Shown here piece by piece: positions 37,002 to 51,020 of a DNA stretch of 64,000 nucleotides. A program made the translations under genes and the position numbers. Numbering within the stretch: position 1 is the stretch's first letter; each line of letters starts with the position of its first letter. Below the pieces are notes generated by a model, which worked only from the letters and a program-made list of their open reading frames with translations, was not told where the DNA came from and ran no database searches. The stretch lies in the NCBI GenBank assembly GCA_964106915.2, contig OZ066928.1. The stretch is one strand, 5' to 3'. This DNA comes from Podarcis gaigeae. Its lineage: Eukaryota.

Positions 37002-37552
37002 AGGGCTGTGCAGAGACATAAATGATTCTAAATGCTATGCACTATGGTGATCTGAACCATACCAGCTTATGTGAGGGAGTGTTCTATGAAGCTCCTACCC
37101 TAACACCCCATTCTCCCTGCTGGATCAGGCCAAAGATATATGGAGAGTGTATGAAGCAAGAGTAGCCAATGTGATACCTTCCAGTTGTTGTTACAACTCC
37201 CAACATCCTTGACCACCAGCCATGCTGACTGAAGCTGATGCAAGTTGTACCACAGCAACATCTTGAGGGCATGACATTGGCTACCCTTGCTTCATCTCAA
37301 GGCACAAGCAGAACACTTTCTTTGTAAGTTGACCATATGGAGAAATGTGCAGATGCTGACCTTCAATGTACGGGCTGGTGTGTATGGTTGGGTATATGGT
37401 TGGCAGTGTACTCACGCAGCTGGTGTCTGAAGCCAAGTGCTCATGGCAGAACCTACAATCTATATGTATCCTGTAGTTCCTTGAGGAAGACTGCTATTTA
37501 CTGTGTTTCCCCTCAAACCAGCATCCATCCACTTTGAAGGTATACAGTGGTA

Positions 37553-37917
37553 AAAGGTAAAGGTAAAGGTACCCCTGCCCGTAGGGGCCAGTCTTGACAG
37601 ACTCTGGGGTTGTGCGCCCATCTCACTCAAGAGGCCAGGGGCCAGCGCTGTCCGGAGACACTTCCGGGTCACGTGGCCAGCGTGACAAAGCTGCATCTGG
37701 CGAGCCAGAGCCGCACACGGAAACGCCGTTTACCTTCCCGCTGGTAAGCGGTCCCTATTTATCTACTTGCAACCGGAGGTGCTTTCGAACTGCTAGGTTG
37801 GCAGGCGCTGGGACCGAGCAGCGGGAGCGCACCCCGCCGCGGGGATTCGAACCGCCGACCTTTCGATCGGCAAGCCCTAGGCGCTGAGGCTTTAACCCAC
37901 AGCGCCACCTGCGTCCC
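37553..37917 (-). mobile_element. Sauria (Squam1) SINE, CpG-rich second subfamily
   Basis: Full length; 11-bp TSD atacagtggta (37542-37552, 37919-37929). Confidence 0.93.
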
Positions 37918-37921
37918 AATA

Positions 37922-38163
37922 CAGTGGTACCTTGGGTTAAGTACTTAATTCATTCTGGAGGTCCGTTCTTAACCTGAAACTGTTCTTAACCTGAAGCACC
38001 ACTTTAGCTAATGGGGCCTCCTGCTGTTGCCGTGCCGCCGGAGCATGATTTCTGTTCTCATCCTGAAGCAAAGTTCTTAACCCGAGGTACTATTTCCGGG
38101 TTAGCAGAGTCTGTAACCTGAAGCGTATGTAACCTGAAGCATATGTAACCCGAGGTACCACTG
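37922..38163. mobile_element. Tc1/mariner MITE
   Basis: TIRs cagtggtaccttgggtta / taacccgaggtaccactg; TA flanks; internal aacctgaag repeats; paralog at 61481-61706. Confidence 0.88.
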
Positions 38164-39081
38164 TACACTGAAGCTGTGATACGTACATTTGAGACAGCGA
38201 AATGGAACAGGCATTTCTTCCTCAAGTCACAGCAATTGAAAAGTTGATCAGTTTTTAAAAATGTAAAATAATTGGATCAAAATCTTAGCACAATCCCCTA
38301 AATGAAAGTTAGGGGGGGTATCTCTGTTACAAATTATCCAGATTTTCTCTATTGGATTAAACAGTTATCAAGAGGCTTCTTAAACAAGGTGAAATTTGTC
38401 ATTTTTCTGGATTACAACCAAGAAGATCTAATTAGTAAGAGAAGTTTTACCCTGTAGGCTTCAAAATTAGTCTTTAGGTCAGAGAAGATGCTAATGGGAG
38501 AATATGGTTCTTACGTTTACTTCAGGGGGAGAAGAGTGTGTCTTCCCCCTCCCCACGAAAAGAGGTCATTGGTTAGAATATTATCATGCAGATGCTCCCA
38601 AGCCTTTTCCTTATTGATATTCACTTAGCAAAATGTACTGAATATTTAACAAATTTGCATTTCACATTCTTCCTCAGTCTCCATTGATTCATTAAATGAG
38701 AGAAGGTGGGAGCCCAAGAGAAATGTTTGCATGAAGGCTGAATTGAAGATAAGTATTGGCAATCTTTCTCCATCTCTCCCCACAACCCTGACAACTCAAG
38801 GATGCTCTCCCAGCTCATTCTGGTTTCAGACATAGTTTACGGAAGATGGAGAATTCTGGAGAGCATGAGATTTTGCATGCAGAAGGACCCAGATTCAATC
38901 ACTGATATCTCCAGTTAGGGCTATGAAAGAATCAAGTCTGAAACGCTTGGAGAGCTGCTGCCAATCAGTATAGACAACTGAGGAAGGAAAAGGGAGAGAA
39001 TGATGGCAAAATTTGAGGCCAGGATGAAAGAGGAATGAAAGCAAAAGCAAACATGGGAAAGAGCTATTTCATAACACATAG

Positions 39082-39324
39082 CAGGGCTCAGCAAACTTTT
39101 TCAGCAGGGGGCCTGCCCTGTGGGGGGTCTGGACTCTATTTTTTTTTGGGGGGGGGACGAATGAACAAATTCCTATGCCCCACAAATAACCCAGAGATGC
39201 ATTTTAAATAAATGGACACATTCTACTTATGTACAAACACGCTGATTCCCGGACTGTCCGTGGGTTGGATTTAGAAGGCAATTGGCCTGGATCCAGCCCC
39301 CAGGCCTTAGTTTGCCTACCCATG
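39082..39324. mobile_element. hAT MITE
   Basis: cagggctcagcaaact...agtttgcctacccatg; paralog of 41131-41379; degenerate 8-bp flanks (6/8). Confidence 0.75.
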
Positions 39325-40190
39325 ACATAGAGCCTCTCCATAAGAGTTAACCATGGACTAGGAGGGCAACTGTCTCCAACCTTCTAGCTGCAGGCTTGGT
39401 GAAGAAGATGAACCTCAAGGAGCCATGCTCAACCCATATCCTTCTTTAAGAGCTGTGATTCATAGACTGGCCTCAGCCATGGGTGAAACAACCTGAAATA
39501 TTCTAAATACAAGGTGACAAAAGAAAGGGAAGCCACTACAATGCTAAGAATAGGGATGTAGGAAGACATAGTTTTCCATTCTGCCCATGCAGCACTGTTT
39601 CTGATCCTCTGTAGTTCATCTCCCACAAAAAAATGGCATTGTTCACCTTGCTGCCTGCTGTTGTGAAATTTACACAACTTACATAATTTGTGTAATTAAT
39701 TATGGAAATTAGGTTGCCATTGTGCTATCCTGGTCCATTCATTTCAGTGGAAAGGAAATGCAATCGTTTGTGGACCAAAAGCAGCAACAGCAGATGCTGA
39801 TCATATCCAGTTGATTGATCTCCATCCCTGACAAGGGACGAATAAATGATAATTGGCAATTTTCTCTCCTGTTTCCATTTTCATTGGAATTCTCCGACAT
39901 CCCTATCTGAGAATAAAACCAAATTAAGCTGCAACACACTACTTTTTGTACTCAGCAAAAGGACTTCACTATATATAGCTGTTTCTTGGTGTCTCAAATA
40001 AAGTAGGTATCAATGAAATGTGTATAGGTAAGGCATCTTATAAACAGGGGACCCCAATGGCCCTTGCGAGCATTCCTTACTGGTTGGTCCCATAGAAGCT
40101 GGAGCTTTTGCGTTCATGCACTCCAGAGTTTCATCAAATAGGAATCCCACATTACTGAGGTCTCCTTTCTTGTTTCTTCTGTAAGAAAGA

Positions 40191-40257
40191 ATCTCTCTCT
40201 CTCTCTCCATCTCTCCCTCTCCCTCCCTCTCTCTCACAAACACACACACACACACAC
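40191..40257. repeat. (CT)n/(CA)n compound microsatellite
   Basis: Direct inspection. Confidence 0.85.
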
Positions 40258-41130
40258 CTTTTCCCAATTGCCCCCCCACCTTAGAATGAGATTTTCTAGT
40301 GTTTGTTTCTGCTTCTTTGTTTCTGCTGCTTTGCTAACTGCTCATCCAGACTCCTGCTTAAAAAGGCATTTCATTCTCTAATTATGTTTGCTGAATTTTC
40401 TTTCTTTTCTTTTTAATAAAAATGGTGGATTATTTACAGTTGCGTGGATTTAAACTGAGGACCGGAGCTCAAAGGAAGTGCTGTTGCATTTTAATATATG
40501 TCTGCAATGCTGAGTTGTACCTTCCAGATGAAAATACAGCTGTACATACTAAATTTTTACCTTGGGGTGCATGCAGAATGAGCCACTGTCTTAATGTTGA
40601 TATTTTTTCCCCTGTCTCTAAGAGAGGCTGATAAAAATGCAATAAAATAAATAAAAGGCAAGCGGTGTGTATTATTGACTTTCCCCCTGCTATATATTTA
40701 TATTTTGTTGCCCAGAATTAAGGGACAAACTGCATGGGACATAGGACATATACGGTAAAGATTTCCTTTGGAGAAAGACAGTAGCTTGGTAGTAAGCTAT
40801 GTGCTTTGCAAGCAAAAGATTTCACATTCAATTACCAGCATCTCCAGGCAGGCAGGGTTCAGAAAGACTACTGTTTGCTGCTCTAAAGAGCAGCCACCAG
40901 TTGATAGAAGCAATACTGAGCTAGACTGAGTTACAGTTTTAAATCTTTTGATTGCTTGGAGTGACAAAATGCCACTTATTAACTAGGCAGCTTTTCCTTT
41001 CTGTGGTTCTTCCCCTAAAAACAAATTTACGAAAGATTACATCCTCTGTGGTTCTGAATAAAGGCTATAATTAAACAGGAACATGCGTGCTAAGCCAGAC
41101 CATGTCCATCCAGCTCAGTATTGTCTACAC

Positions 41131-41379
41131 CAGGGGTCAGCAAACTTTTTTAGCAGGGGGCTGGTCCACTGTCCCTCAGACCTTGTGGGGGGCCAGACTA
41201 TATTTTGAAGAAAAAATGAATGAATTCCTATGCCCCACAAATAACCCAGAGATGCATTTTAAATAAAAGGACACATGCTACTCATGTAAAAACACACTGA
41301 TTCCCAGACCATTGACTGGCTGGATTTAGAAGGCGATTGGGCCAGATCCGGCCCCCGGTCCTTAGTTTGCCTACGCATG
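41131..41379. mobile_element. hAT MITE inserted into a minus-strand Squam3-like SINE
   Basis: TSD gtctacac / gtctgcac (41123-41130, 41380-41387); SINE halves at ~41080-41130 and ~41380-41510. Confidence 0.8.
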
Positions 41380-41949
41380 GTCTGCACTCACTGGCCGTTC
41401 CTCTGCAGAGTTTCAGGCAAGCAGTCTCTGCCCAATTTTCCTTGGAGATGGTAGGGATTGAACCTGGGACCTTTCTGTGCAAAGCATGTTCTCTGCTCTG
41501 AGTTCTGGCTCTTCGCCAGTGAGAAACATCTTTATATCAAGCTGAAGCACCAGCCCATCCTACTCAACGAGATTTATTGGGATGCCTTTGCAGAGAGATG
41601 TTCAGGCAGCTGCCTGCTCTTTACTTTCCCATGTTTGTGTTGTTTTTAAAGTTTTGTTTAAATAAATATGACTGAAAAGTGTGTCTGGAAAGCACGCCTG
41701 CGGATGATAGCCCTTTCAGACTTGGCAAGTAAACAGACTATCCCAAGCCAAGGGTTTATTTAAAACAAATAGGTTCTGATTTCCAAGCTGCTTGCTTAAT
41801 TTTTGTTTTAATTTGGTTATGCTTTGGAGGTTGCATGTCCCTGAGAGTATTTTACCTGCTAGAGCACATCCACATGGCTTGCTTGTTTCTCTGTTTAATC
41901 CAGAAAGAAGGAATAATGTTTTCTAAATATTATGTGTGTGCTGTTGCAA

Positions 41950-42635
41950 GTTGTTGTTGGCATCTGCCTATCTTGAGAGACAATGGAGTGCACCTTGGGG
42001 GGTGAAGCTAAACTGCTGGAGAATCACAGCACCTGTGGAGGTCAGTAACTCATAACTGCTGCCTCCTGCATGGTTTTTGCTGTTTTAGCAGCACCAAAGT
42101 GACCTTCCTGGGCACAAGGCTGGGTAATGTGTATAGAGGTCCTGGGCTGCCCAGAAAACAAGACCCCCTCTTGGCCTCACTGATGTGGTCCAAAGGGAAG
42201 CAGAGCAATACACTTGACACCAGCTTGGCTGCAGGAGTTGCTGGAACCTTCACTCTGATTTTTGTAGGGATTACTCCTTGACCTTTCCTTCTGCTGAAGA
42301 TGTCCTGCAAGGCAGCAGGTATGGATTTTTTCTCAGAGTTTACTTCTGAAGCCTTTATCATGAATGAGTATAGCTGCAAGGCAGCAGAGGTTTAGGATCA
42401 GAGTTTTCCTTCTGCTTGATAGGTTCCTTCCCAGGTTGATGAGCCCCATCTGCCCCTTGCTTTCCCCTACAGCATGTGCAGAAACCTAACTCAGAGGGTT
42501 TGAGACCCATCACCTGGTTTAGCCAGCCAGCTTCTAGGAGTCACAGATGAGAGCAGAGGGCAGAGTGGACAGGCTACCCCATAAAGACTACAGTGTGTTC
42601 CCCACCAGAGGTACTACCCCTCTCATAACACTACC
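41950..42635 (-). mobile_element. Non-autonomous RTE-derived element (5' UTR fused to 3' end)
   Basis: (AAC)n tail at 41950; minus strand carries gaaggaaaactctgatcctaaacctctgctgccttgcagc and ggggtagtacctctggtggg, which I recognise as RTE 5' UTR motifs; no ORF. Confidence 0.55.
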
Positions 42636-42949
42636 TAAGAATTCATAGAATTCTTCCCATAGAGTGGGAAGGGACCACAAATGTAATCTGATTCATAGGT
42701 CTTTAGCCAGTGGGGCAGGACCCACAGGTGAGTTAGAAGGCTGTCCTGGGAGGGTCATGGCAAAACTGTTGCTGTCAAGTTGAAACCGTCCTGCTGCTGA
42801 TCACTATATGTGGTGTCTGGGCTAGAACATATGCTTATTTTTATCAATTTGCACAAGTATTGCAAATCGGTAGATGAAAGGCAAGAGCATTTTTCAATAA
42901 GAAATACATTTCTGGCAAATGGTATGCCCCGTATTATGCCTTCAGTGAG

Positions 42950-43273
42950 TTAGGTCCAGTTGCAAATGACTCTGGGGTTGTGGCACTCATCTCGCTTTAC
43001 TGGCTGAGGGAGCCAGTGTACAGCTTCTGGGTCATGTGGCCAGCAGGACTAAGCCGCTTCTGGTGAACCAGAGCAGCGCACGGAAGCACCGTTTACCTTC
43101 CTGCCAGAGCAGTACCTATTTATCTACTTGCACTCCATGCTTTCAAACTGCTAGGTTGGTTGGAGCAGGGACCGAGCAATGGGAGCTCACCCCGTCACGG
43201 GGATTCGAACCGCCAACCTTCTGATCGGCAAGCCCTAGGCTCTGTGGTTTAACCCACAGTGCCACTGCATTCC
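42950..43273 (-). mobile_element. Sauria SINE lacking its tail
   Basis: Aligns to 36670-37001 from ttaggtccag to gccactgcattcc. Confidence 0.88.
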
Positions 43274-46200
43274 TTCTCTAGGGGGTAGGGGCACTCTATT
43301 CTTTACTAACTGAAAACCTTATGTGTGTGTTTAGTGGGGGGGGGGTATCCTTCTGTCTCATGAGAGAATGGAAGAGTGTGCCTTTAGGAGAATAAATTTT
43401 ATTCCTGTGGATTAACAGACAAAAGTCTCAGTTTACTGCTTGTGTTTAAACGCTCAGGACTGAAGAGAGGTTAAATCCCATCTTAAGCAGTTTAATTAAA
43501 AGTATAGGAATTAGCCATTAGGCTGTTCTGCCCCTTTGTTAGCCTGTTTATCAAAGAAGGCTACAGACTGCAAAGTAAGTTTAAAACATACAGTTTACTC
43601 ACAGTCAAGCATTTGTCCTTAGCAGCAGTAGCAGCAATAATAAATGCAGGTAAAATACTTGAGTTTACAGCAAAAACAGTTTCAGGCACGTACCTGATGC
43701 TGGTGTGATCCAAGACACATCCTCTTTTGTGGTTAGCTGTGGTGCCCGGTTTGGGAGAGGAGCAACAGGAAATACTTATTTTATTTTTACAGTGATTACA
43801 GTGTTACAGTTTGAATACTGGTTCACGAACTACATCTTAGGCAGGTTCACATTAAAAAGTAAAATGAACTAATTTCTCCTTCTGTGCCTAGTGGTACAGT
43901 AGGAGATACTCTCTAGAGTCAGATTGCTGGGTTCTGCAGGTTGAGAGCCTCTCTTTGTTGCCTTTCACACAGTGTGTGTATTGTTTATTATCACACATTA
44001 TGTTCCACATTTCTTCCAAGGAGCTCAGGGGGGCATACTTGATTCTTCCTGTCTCCGTTTCATCAACGCAACAAACCTGCAAGTTGTGACTGGCCTAAGG
44101 TAATCCATGGCTGAATGGGGATTTGAACCCTAGTCTCCCACATCTTAGTCCAAAACCTTAACAGCTACACCATACTGGCTCCCCACACCCAGATGTTGCT
44201 GCACCTGCTCCTTTTTTCTGACATCCCAATAATCAGAACAATTCCATTAAACAGACATTGAATAACCATTTAATTTAGCTTGCTGGATTCAACTGGGCCA
44301 CACTGGTAATTCAAAACACCAGTGGATTTCACAAAAGTCATGAGAATAAAGAAATGTGCAGCCCACTGTGAAGCTCCACATCCATCACCTTGAATATTCT
44401 GCAGTGGCTACTTTTAACTTCCTGTGGATCTAGAAATGATGATATAACCACAATCTCTCTGCCTTTGTAAATAGACTAATAACAATAAAATATTTATAAT
44501 CCTAACGACAGCATAATAGTATATGGTTTCCAAACGTTATGAGTAAATCTCATTATCTAGGAACAATTTCTCCCTGTTGATTGACTTCTATTTTCTTGAA
44601 GGTGTGTTTTGAAGATTGCTATTCACCCTAATTGTAGCAATGGTGTTGGCTTCCAAACAGAAGTGAAGGACAAAGTGATATTGTAAGGCTCTAAATGGAT
44701 TTTCAGATGCTCCTTTCTGTAGGGGGAGAAAGAAGATGTCTGCTAGATTCAACTTCCATATTAATAGTCCCCAGTTAATCAGGTTCATTAATTTCAATGG
44801 GCTGAGTAGAAATAATATTGGATACAACCCATAATTCCCAAAGACCCCAGCGTTAAATGTCCCTTAAGTCTGTCTCCCCCCTCCCTGCAGCAGCAACAGG
44901 GGATAAAGGAAGACAGAAAATAATTTCCCCCATATTTGGCTCTTGGTACATTTCTATGACTGCAATGCCACAGGTGTTCCCCCAGTGCACCTGACCCATA
45001 GTGTTGCACAGATAAATCTGCATTTCCCAGAGCTCCTGGTGCCTGGTACATATCCATTGCAGTGTGCTTGATGCCAAAGAAGGAACAAAGAGGTTGAAGA
45101 GAAACCTTTCTCCATTCCTCTGCTGCTAGAATAGCAACAACAGCATGGTAGCATTGAAGGGAGCAGGTTTGGGGCTGGCAAGGAAACAGGGTTGAAGTTC
45201 AGATTAAAAGAGAGGCTAAAGAAGAACCTTCGGAGTTATGTTGCTGTTGAAGTAAGCATTATGAGTTGGCCAGATCCATTTTCCCAGGCCGAACCATCAC
45301 TAGAGCTGAGGATGGGTGATGCTCTAATGCTGCATAATGTTTGGCTGCAAGCCTCTGCTCATTTGAAATGCCCAAGAGTTGTATAAATGGCAAACCCATT
45401 TTTAATTTGAGTTTGCTAGTGATGCCCAGCTAGTTGTGAAGTTGCTTGACATCTTCAGCTTTGTTTTCTCCTGACTTTTCAAATTGCTTTTCGGAGGGGA
45501 GAAGGGAGGTGGGGTTGTTTAGTGAATTTTGATTGCTGGTTGTCATACTGGATCCATACTGAGAACTGACAATATAATGCATTGCTGCTCCCTGAGTCAT
45601 TGTTATTCCTGATTTGCTCCTTCTATAGCTGAAAAACCTCAGTAACACAGTTAGAAGGAGAATGGCAGTGCACGACATTACATGTTAATGACAGATGCTT
45701 TATTTGTGGGAGACATGCAAATAATGCTGAAGTAATTTTGTTCCATTGGAATTCTGCTGCAGTGATTACTGAAATTAGTATATTACTCTTGCCCCTATCC
45801 ATGTTGCTAACTTTAAAAAGTTCTGTGTCACCACCCACCCCTTAGAGTTTCACCAGCTCCATTCGAATGCCTCGTTTGTTAAATATTTATTTAAATAATG
45901 ATGACTATGATAAAACAGAGGCAAAACTGCATGAAAGGAACTGGGACATGTCTGTTCGTATTCATGGATTTAATAATTCCAGAATATCTCAAATCATGGT
46001 GCCATTATTTTCCTCTCTTCCCCACATTCACAGCATGCGTTCAAAGCACAATGATACCACTTCAAATGAATTATGGGAACTCTAATATGTTAAGGGTGCT
46101 AAAAGTTGTTAGGAGATGCTTCTTTCAGAGATACAAATTCCAGACCTCCCTGGGAAGAAGAATCTTCCCTCAAATATATTTTTTTATTTTGACTTTAGAA

Positions 46201-47214
46201 ACAACAGGCTGGTTGCAGGGGAAAAAACCAACAACATTAATTTAAAAATGGTAAGTTGTCACAACTGCCAATAACAAAATATAGGATACAGCCATGTGAT
46301 TTACTGAGTCAATAATAAAACATACCAAGAGGAAAACAATGTGTGGTCTATGATTGCAAAGGATTCCATGATTTAGACCCTGGGAAGAAGGATTGATTGA
46401 ACTGCTCCGGGAATTATTATGAATGTGACCTAGGTTTTCCTTATTTAGTTAGATTATCTCACTATGGTGGCAACACCCCAAATGTATGACGCCAATCCCT
46501 TACGCATGGTGGTTCATTCATGCATAAATGGACAAAAACTGGGATATATTTATCATGGACTCAACCTCTCTACAAAATTCAGGGAGCATTGGCCAGAGTT
46601 TGCTGACTCTCCTTTGGAAAAATGGTTACCAATTCTCAGTTCTATAGACTCCGCATAGCCATTGTATGTGCAATATAAAATAATCGGTGTGATATAATAT
46701 GGGAAATGCTCATACATAATCATGCTATGTTGCAAATATTTTCATGGGTCTGTGACTTTCTATATAGAAGCAAGTAGTAGAGCAATTTGATATATGGTTT
46801 TTCCTTTCCTTTTCCATGAATCTGGTGCTATGTATCTACAATAAAACAGGGCAAGTTGGACATGCAAAAACAAAAAAGAAAGCCATTTTTAGGTGGTCTC
46901 TTCCATGCATTAAGAACATGGGAGTATAAGAAAACCAAGTTGAACTAAAGCTCAGCATGCCTTTCCCAACTTGGTGCCCTTTGGATGTTTTGGGTGCCAA
47001 TGCCCATTATCCCTAGCCAGCATGGCCAATGATTATTAGCGATGATGGAGTCCATGACATCTGAAGGGCATCAGGTTGGAGAAGGCTGGCCTACACTGAC
47101 TGGCACCATCTTCCCAGGGTTTCAGACAGGGAGATTTCCTTTGCACTATGTTCAGCTCATGGAACCTGATTAGTATTGCCTTGACTTGATGGTTATTGGC
47201 TTGTGGTAATAAAG

Positions 47215-47532
47215 AAGAAGGAAGGCTTTTTCACTGGTGGGACTACTATTGTGGACTGTCTTCCCTGCCTGCTGAAATGTGAGAGGCCCCATCAGTGTTG
47301 TCATTCCATCGGTTCCTCAAGACACACCCATTTGGCTAGTGTCCCCCTGACCTGAATTTTTATTGTTTTTGCCTGTTCTGTTATGCTTTCAGTTCGCTTA
47401 AGTGCATATTTTAATTAAGGGTGCTTTAATGTTATTTTTTGTTTTAATTATGGATCAATTTTATAGTTGCATACCACTTAGAAGCCATTTTGGCATGTAA
47501 GTGGAGTAATAATAATAATAGGTATAATAATA
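47215..47532 (+). mobile_element. Old L2 3' fragment
   Basis: ggctttttcactggtggg...tgtggactgtcttccc...ccacttagaagcc...gtaagtggag then (AAT)n. Confidence 0.5.
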
Positions 47533-48109
47533 CCTAGCAATGCTGGAGATTGTATTTGGGACTTTCTGGATGCTAACAGATGTTCTCCCACTTTTGATTC
47601 TGTCCACCCACCCATCTTTTAATCCACACCGAGGATAAATGTAAACGACAAACAGAGGTGGTTTATCAATCTACCAGTATGACTCCACTTCCTTCTCTTT
47701 CTGTGTGTGCACGCACCTAATATTACTGCCCAACCTTCCACAGATGGAAAGGGCACTGAACTAATAAGATGGAAATGTACAATACTTTTACAGGCCTTGC
47801 TTGGCTTGTAAACTTTACAATCCATGCAGGGCCGACGCTACAGTTTCCCAACAGCTGGGACACCAATCCTGCCTTCTTGTATTTTACTAGAGTAAAAATC
47901 ATTTTGAGGCAAAACTTTATTGGTTCCCATTAACAGTAGTATGCACCAGGAACTTAGGTATCAGCAGTGATGTACTGGTGGCCACCTGAGCTTTGGGCTC
48001 TCTCAACCTTTGCTTTTCAGATTTATGACAGTTTTGAAGAGCTAAATTGGAGAAAATGAAACCTATCAATGGCTCTCAGCCATTAGCATGTGTCTCTTGT
48101 GGATGTACC

Positions 48110-48320
48110 AGTGAGGTGTAGTGGTTAGTATGCTAGATTAAAACCTGGGAGACCAGGGTTCAAATCCTCACTTGGTTGTGAAGTTCATTTGCTAACCTTG
48201 GGCCAGTCACTGTCTCTCAGCCTAAACTACCTCACAGGACTTTTGTGGGGATTAAATAAGTGCCCCGTTCAGCTCCTTGGAGAAAAAGGTGGGTACATAA
48301 ATGCATTAAATAAATGAAAT
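48110..48320 (+). mobile_element. MIR/CORE-like tRNA SINE
   Basis: ggtgtagtggttag (A box), ggttcaaatcc (B box), ccttgggccagtcactgtctctcagcct core. Confidence 0.75.
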
Positions 48321-51020
48321 AAAAACACCTGCCACCCATATATTCCTTTTAACATGCCTCCTAGAGAAGAAGGGGAGATCCTTTGCTAGAGATAAACCAG
48401 GCACCAGCCCTGGAAAATAAATACTGTGCTTGTTGACCCAATAATGTGGACCCAGACTAGGCTAAAGCAAAGCTTCCTTTTATTGGAAGAAAAGAGGACA
48501 ACAAGATTAATGTGGTCTGTGACCAACATCCTTGAACACTGATCAAGCTGAACATTGAGGTTGATGGGAACTGGAGCCCAACAACCACTGGAGGGACACA
48601 GGTTAGCCAACCCTGATATGTATGACCCATGGGAACCAGGTGACCATGACACCCCCTCTTGCAAATGAATATTTGATGATGAAGATGATTAGCTAGTGCA
48701 ATCTGCCGAAATCTGCTTATCTAACCATTTAAAACATGGATTGGTAAATGGTGGCTGTCAAGATGTTGTTGGACTGCAATGCTCATCACCCCTGTCCCTT
48801 GTCCATGCTGCCATGGAGTGATGGGAAGTGGAGCCCAATGAAATATTGACGGCCTCTGGTTCCCTAGCCAAGAGTTACTGTGTAGCTGGATGCAAAAACG
48901 TTAGAAGTCAGTTACTTTTTTCACTGCTACAGACATGATGATTATTTCTTTTTGGGGGAAAATTATTTTAATTATCTGGAAAGAAAGATAATAAAGCTAA
49001 TTGAGCTTCTGGACTAGTTATTTGTTTGGCTATGTCTGAAACAGCTGCTGAGATCTTCCTATGAGATATGGAATTATTTCATCCCTTCTGCTTACAGCTA
49101 TGTCATTCTCACCCAGCAATTTCGAAACCAAGCCAGCTGAGGAAGAGCCTCATTGATTTATTCCTTGGAGATGCTTAAAGGTCTCCTCCACCTATTTACA
49201 CAGAATGAAATATTAGCTTCTGGCATTCAAATACATTTTGTGCAGAATTAAGGAATCCCAAGAAGGATTTAAAAAACTGTTTTGTCTTCCTCCCTTTTTG
49301 CCTTCTCAATACCTATTCATCCACTAATTGCTTTGAGATTTGAGCAGGCTGCGACAGATATTATACCAGAACATACTGTGTAATTCCCCCCTTTTTTTCT
49401 TTGTCTCTTTTGGTACTCCGATAAGGATGTTAGAAATGTCAAGTGCCTGGAAGAAAACAGGAATGAAATGTTACAATTTGTTGATCTACTCAAAACTAGT
49501 ATCAGATGGTGTGGTGGCAGAGCTTCCCTGACCTGATTGGTTTCACTGCTGCTGCTTACCAGAATATGGAAAGGGAAGGGAAAGGCAGTGGCAAGGTTAG
49601 TGTGGTGCAAACACAACAGTGGGGGCACCACTTTTATTCCATCAGAGTGTTTGTACCATGCAAACCTTGCTGCTGCATCAACCATGGATAGCTCCAAATG
49701 AGAACTTCATAGCCTTAAAGGGTCAATCTTCTGGCCTCAGGATGGACCTCCATTCCATAGCTACCCCTTCTGGTATGCTTGTGTGCCCCTTGACTGGTGA
49801 TGTATGGTGGGAGGCATCTGGGCTTTGCCCCAGACGTGCCAACTCTAGGGGTCAATGGTGTTGTCTGTCCCCACAATGTTCCAAAGCAGGGGTTGGAGGA
49901 GGTCGAACCACTGAGCCAGGCATGCTCAAAGGCAAGCTCTTCCTGAGTGTGAGCTGTGGCCATTGAAGCTGCGCAGTGCTGGGCAAGGCCTCCTTCCAAC
50001 GATGTGCCTCCTCCCAATGATGCATGTGATGCACAGTGCGTGTGTGATGTCACAGGTGTGTGTTGTGTGTGTGATGTCACTGGTGTGACATGATGCTGTG
50101 CCCCAATCTTTGGCCCAAGGTGGTGTCTCTACTCTTACCCTACTGGTCTTGGTGGTCTAGAGGATTACTTTGGGAGCCCCTGTCCAGCAGCTTCAGGTCT
50201 CCCAGTGTTCAGCAGTTAGCTCTCAGTCCTGAGCCTTGCCTGGGATTGTGTTAGTGCTCCTGTCTGGTGTTCTGACTTGGTGTCCCAATCACTGCTAGAT
50301 TTAGGGATCAACAAAACTTTTTGTCTGAGTGGGTGGAGGATAGAGAGTGGTGTCTTGCCTACTTTTCAAAGGTAAAACTTCCATTTGTTATTTCCCCTGC
50401 TTTTGCCTCTGGCCATGCCCATTACTGGTTGCTCAGGAGGCTGTTGAGAAGGGAATATGGCCTTCAGATTGAAAAAGGTTGCCCATGCCTGGTGTATCTT
50501 GTCCTAGGAATATCATTGAGGAAAGAAAATTGGCATCACAAACCTTGGAATGAACACACACACACACACACACCCTGTCATTAAATTCTATCAAAAACAA
50601 ACACCTTGATTTCTCTCCCGAAGACAGTTTATTATACCTACTGCACACACAGCTATTTTATCTTCCCCTCTTATTTTTCCAGCGATGTTTCTCTCCACAG
50701 AGTAATCAGTCAATGATATTCTGCTCGTAAAAAAAGCTACTATTGCTGAGCACTCTGCTCTTGAATGACAACATTATCCATCATATTTACTTCACTGGAA
50801 GTGGCCTCTGCCTCAACAGTGTCTGGGCCCGTTTCCTTGCACGGACGCTCATTTTTAAACCAACCCTTGAGTCTATCACCTTGATGGAAATGCGATCCTG
50901 CCACTGTAACTTTGGAGGAGGCACTATTCCCTCCCCTTTCATTAAGCAGAAATTCAGCAAGAAGCTAACTAATTAGTTTCTTTAGTGGGACACCAGTCTC
51001 CATGGCTTTTGCATCATTGT

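Noticed and set aside
37960-38150. CRISPR-like or regular repeats (aacctgaag)
   Set aside because: Irregular subterminal repeats of a mariner MITE in a vertebrate genome.
46330-46720. Possible L1/Tx1 ORF2 C-terminal remnant (KFREHWPEF)
   Set aside because: Similarity too weak and boundaries undefined to call.
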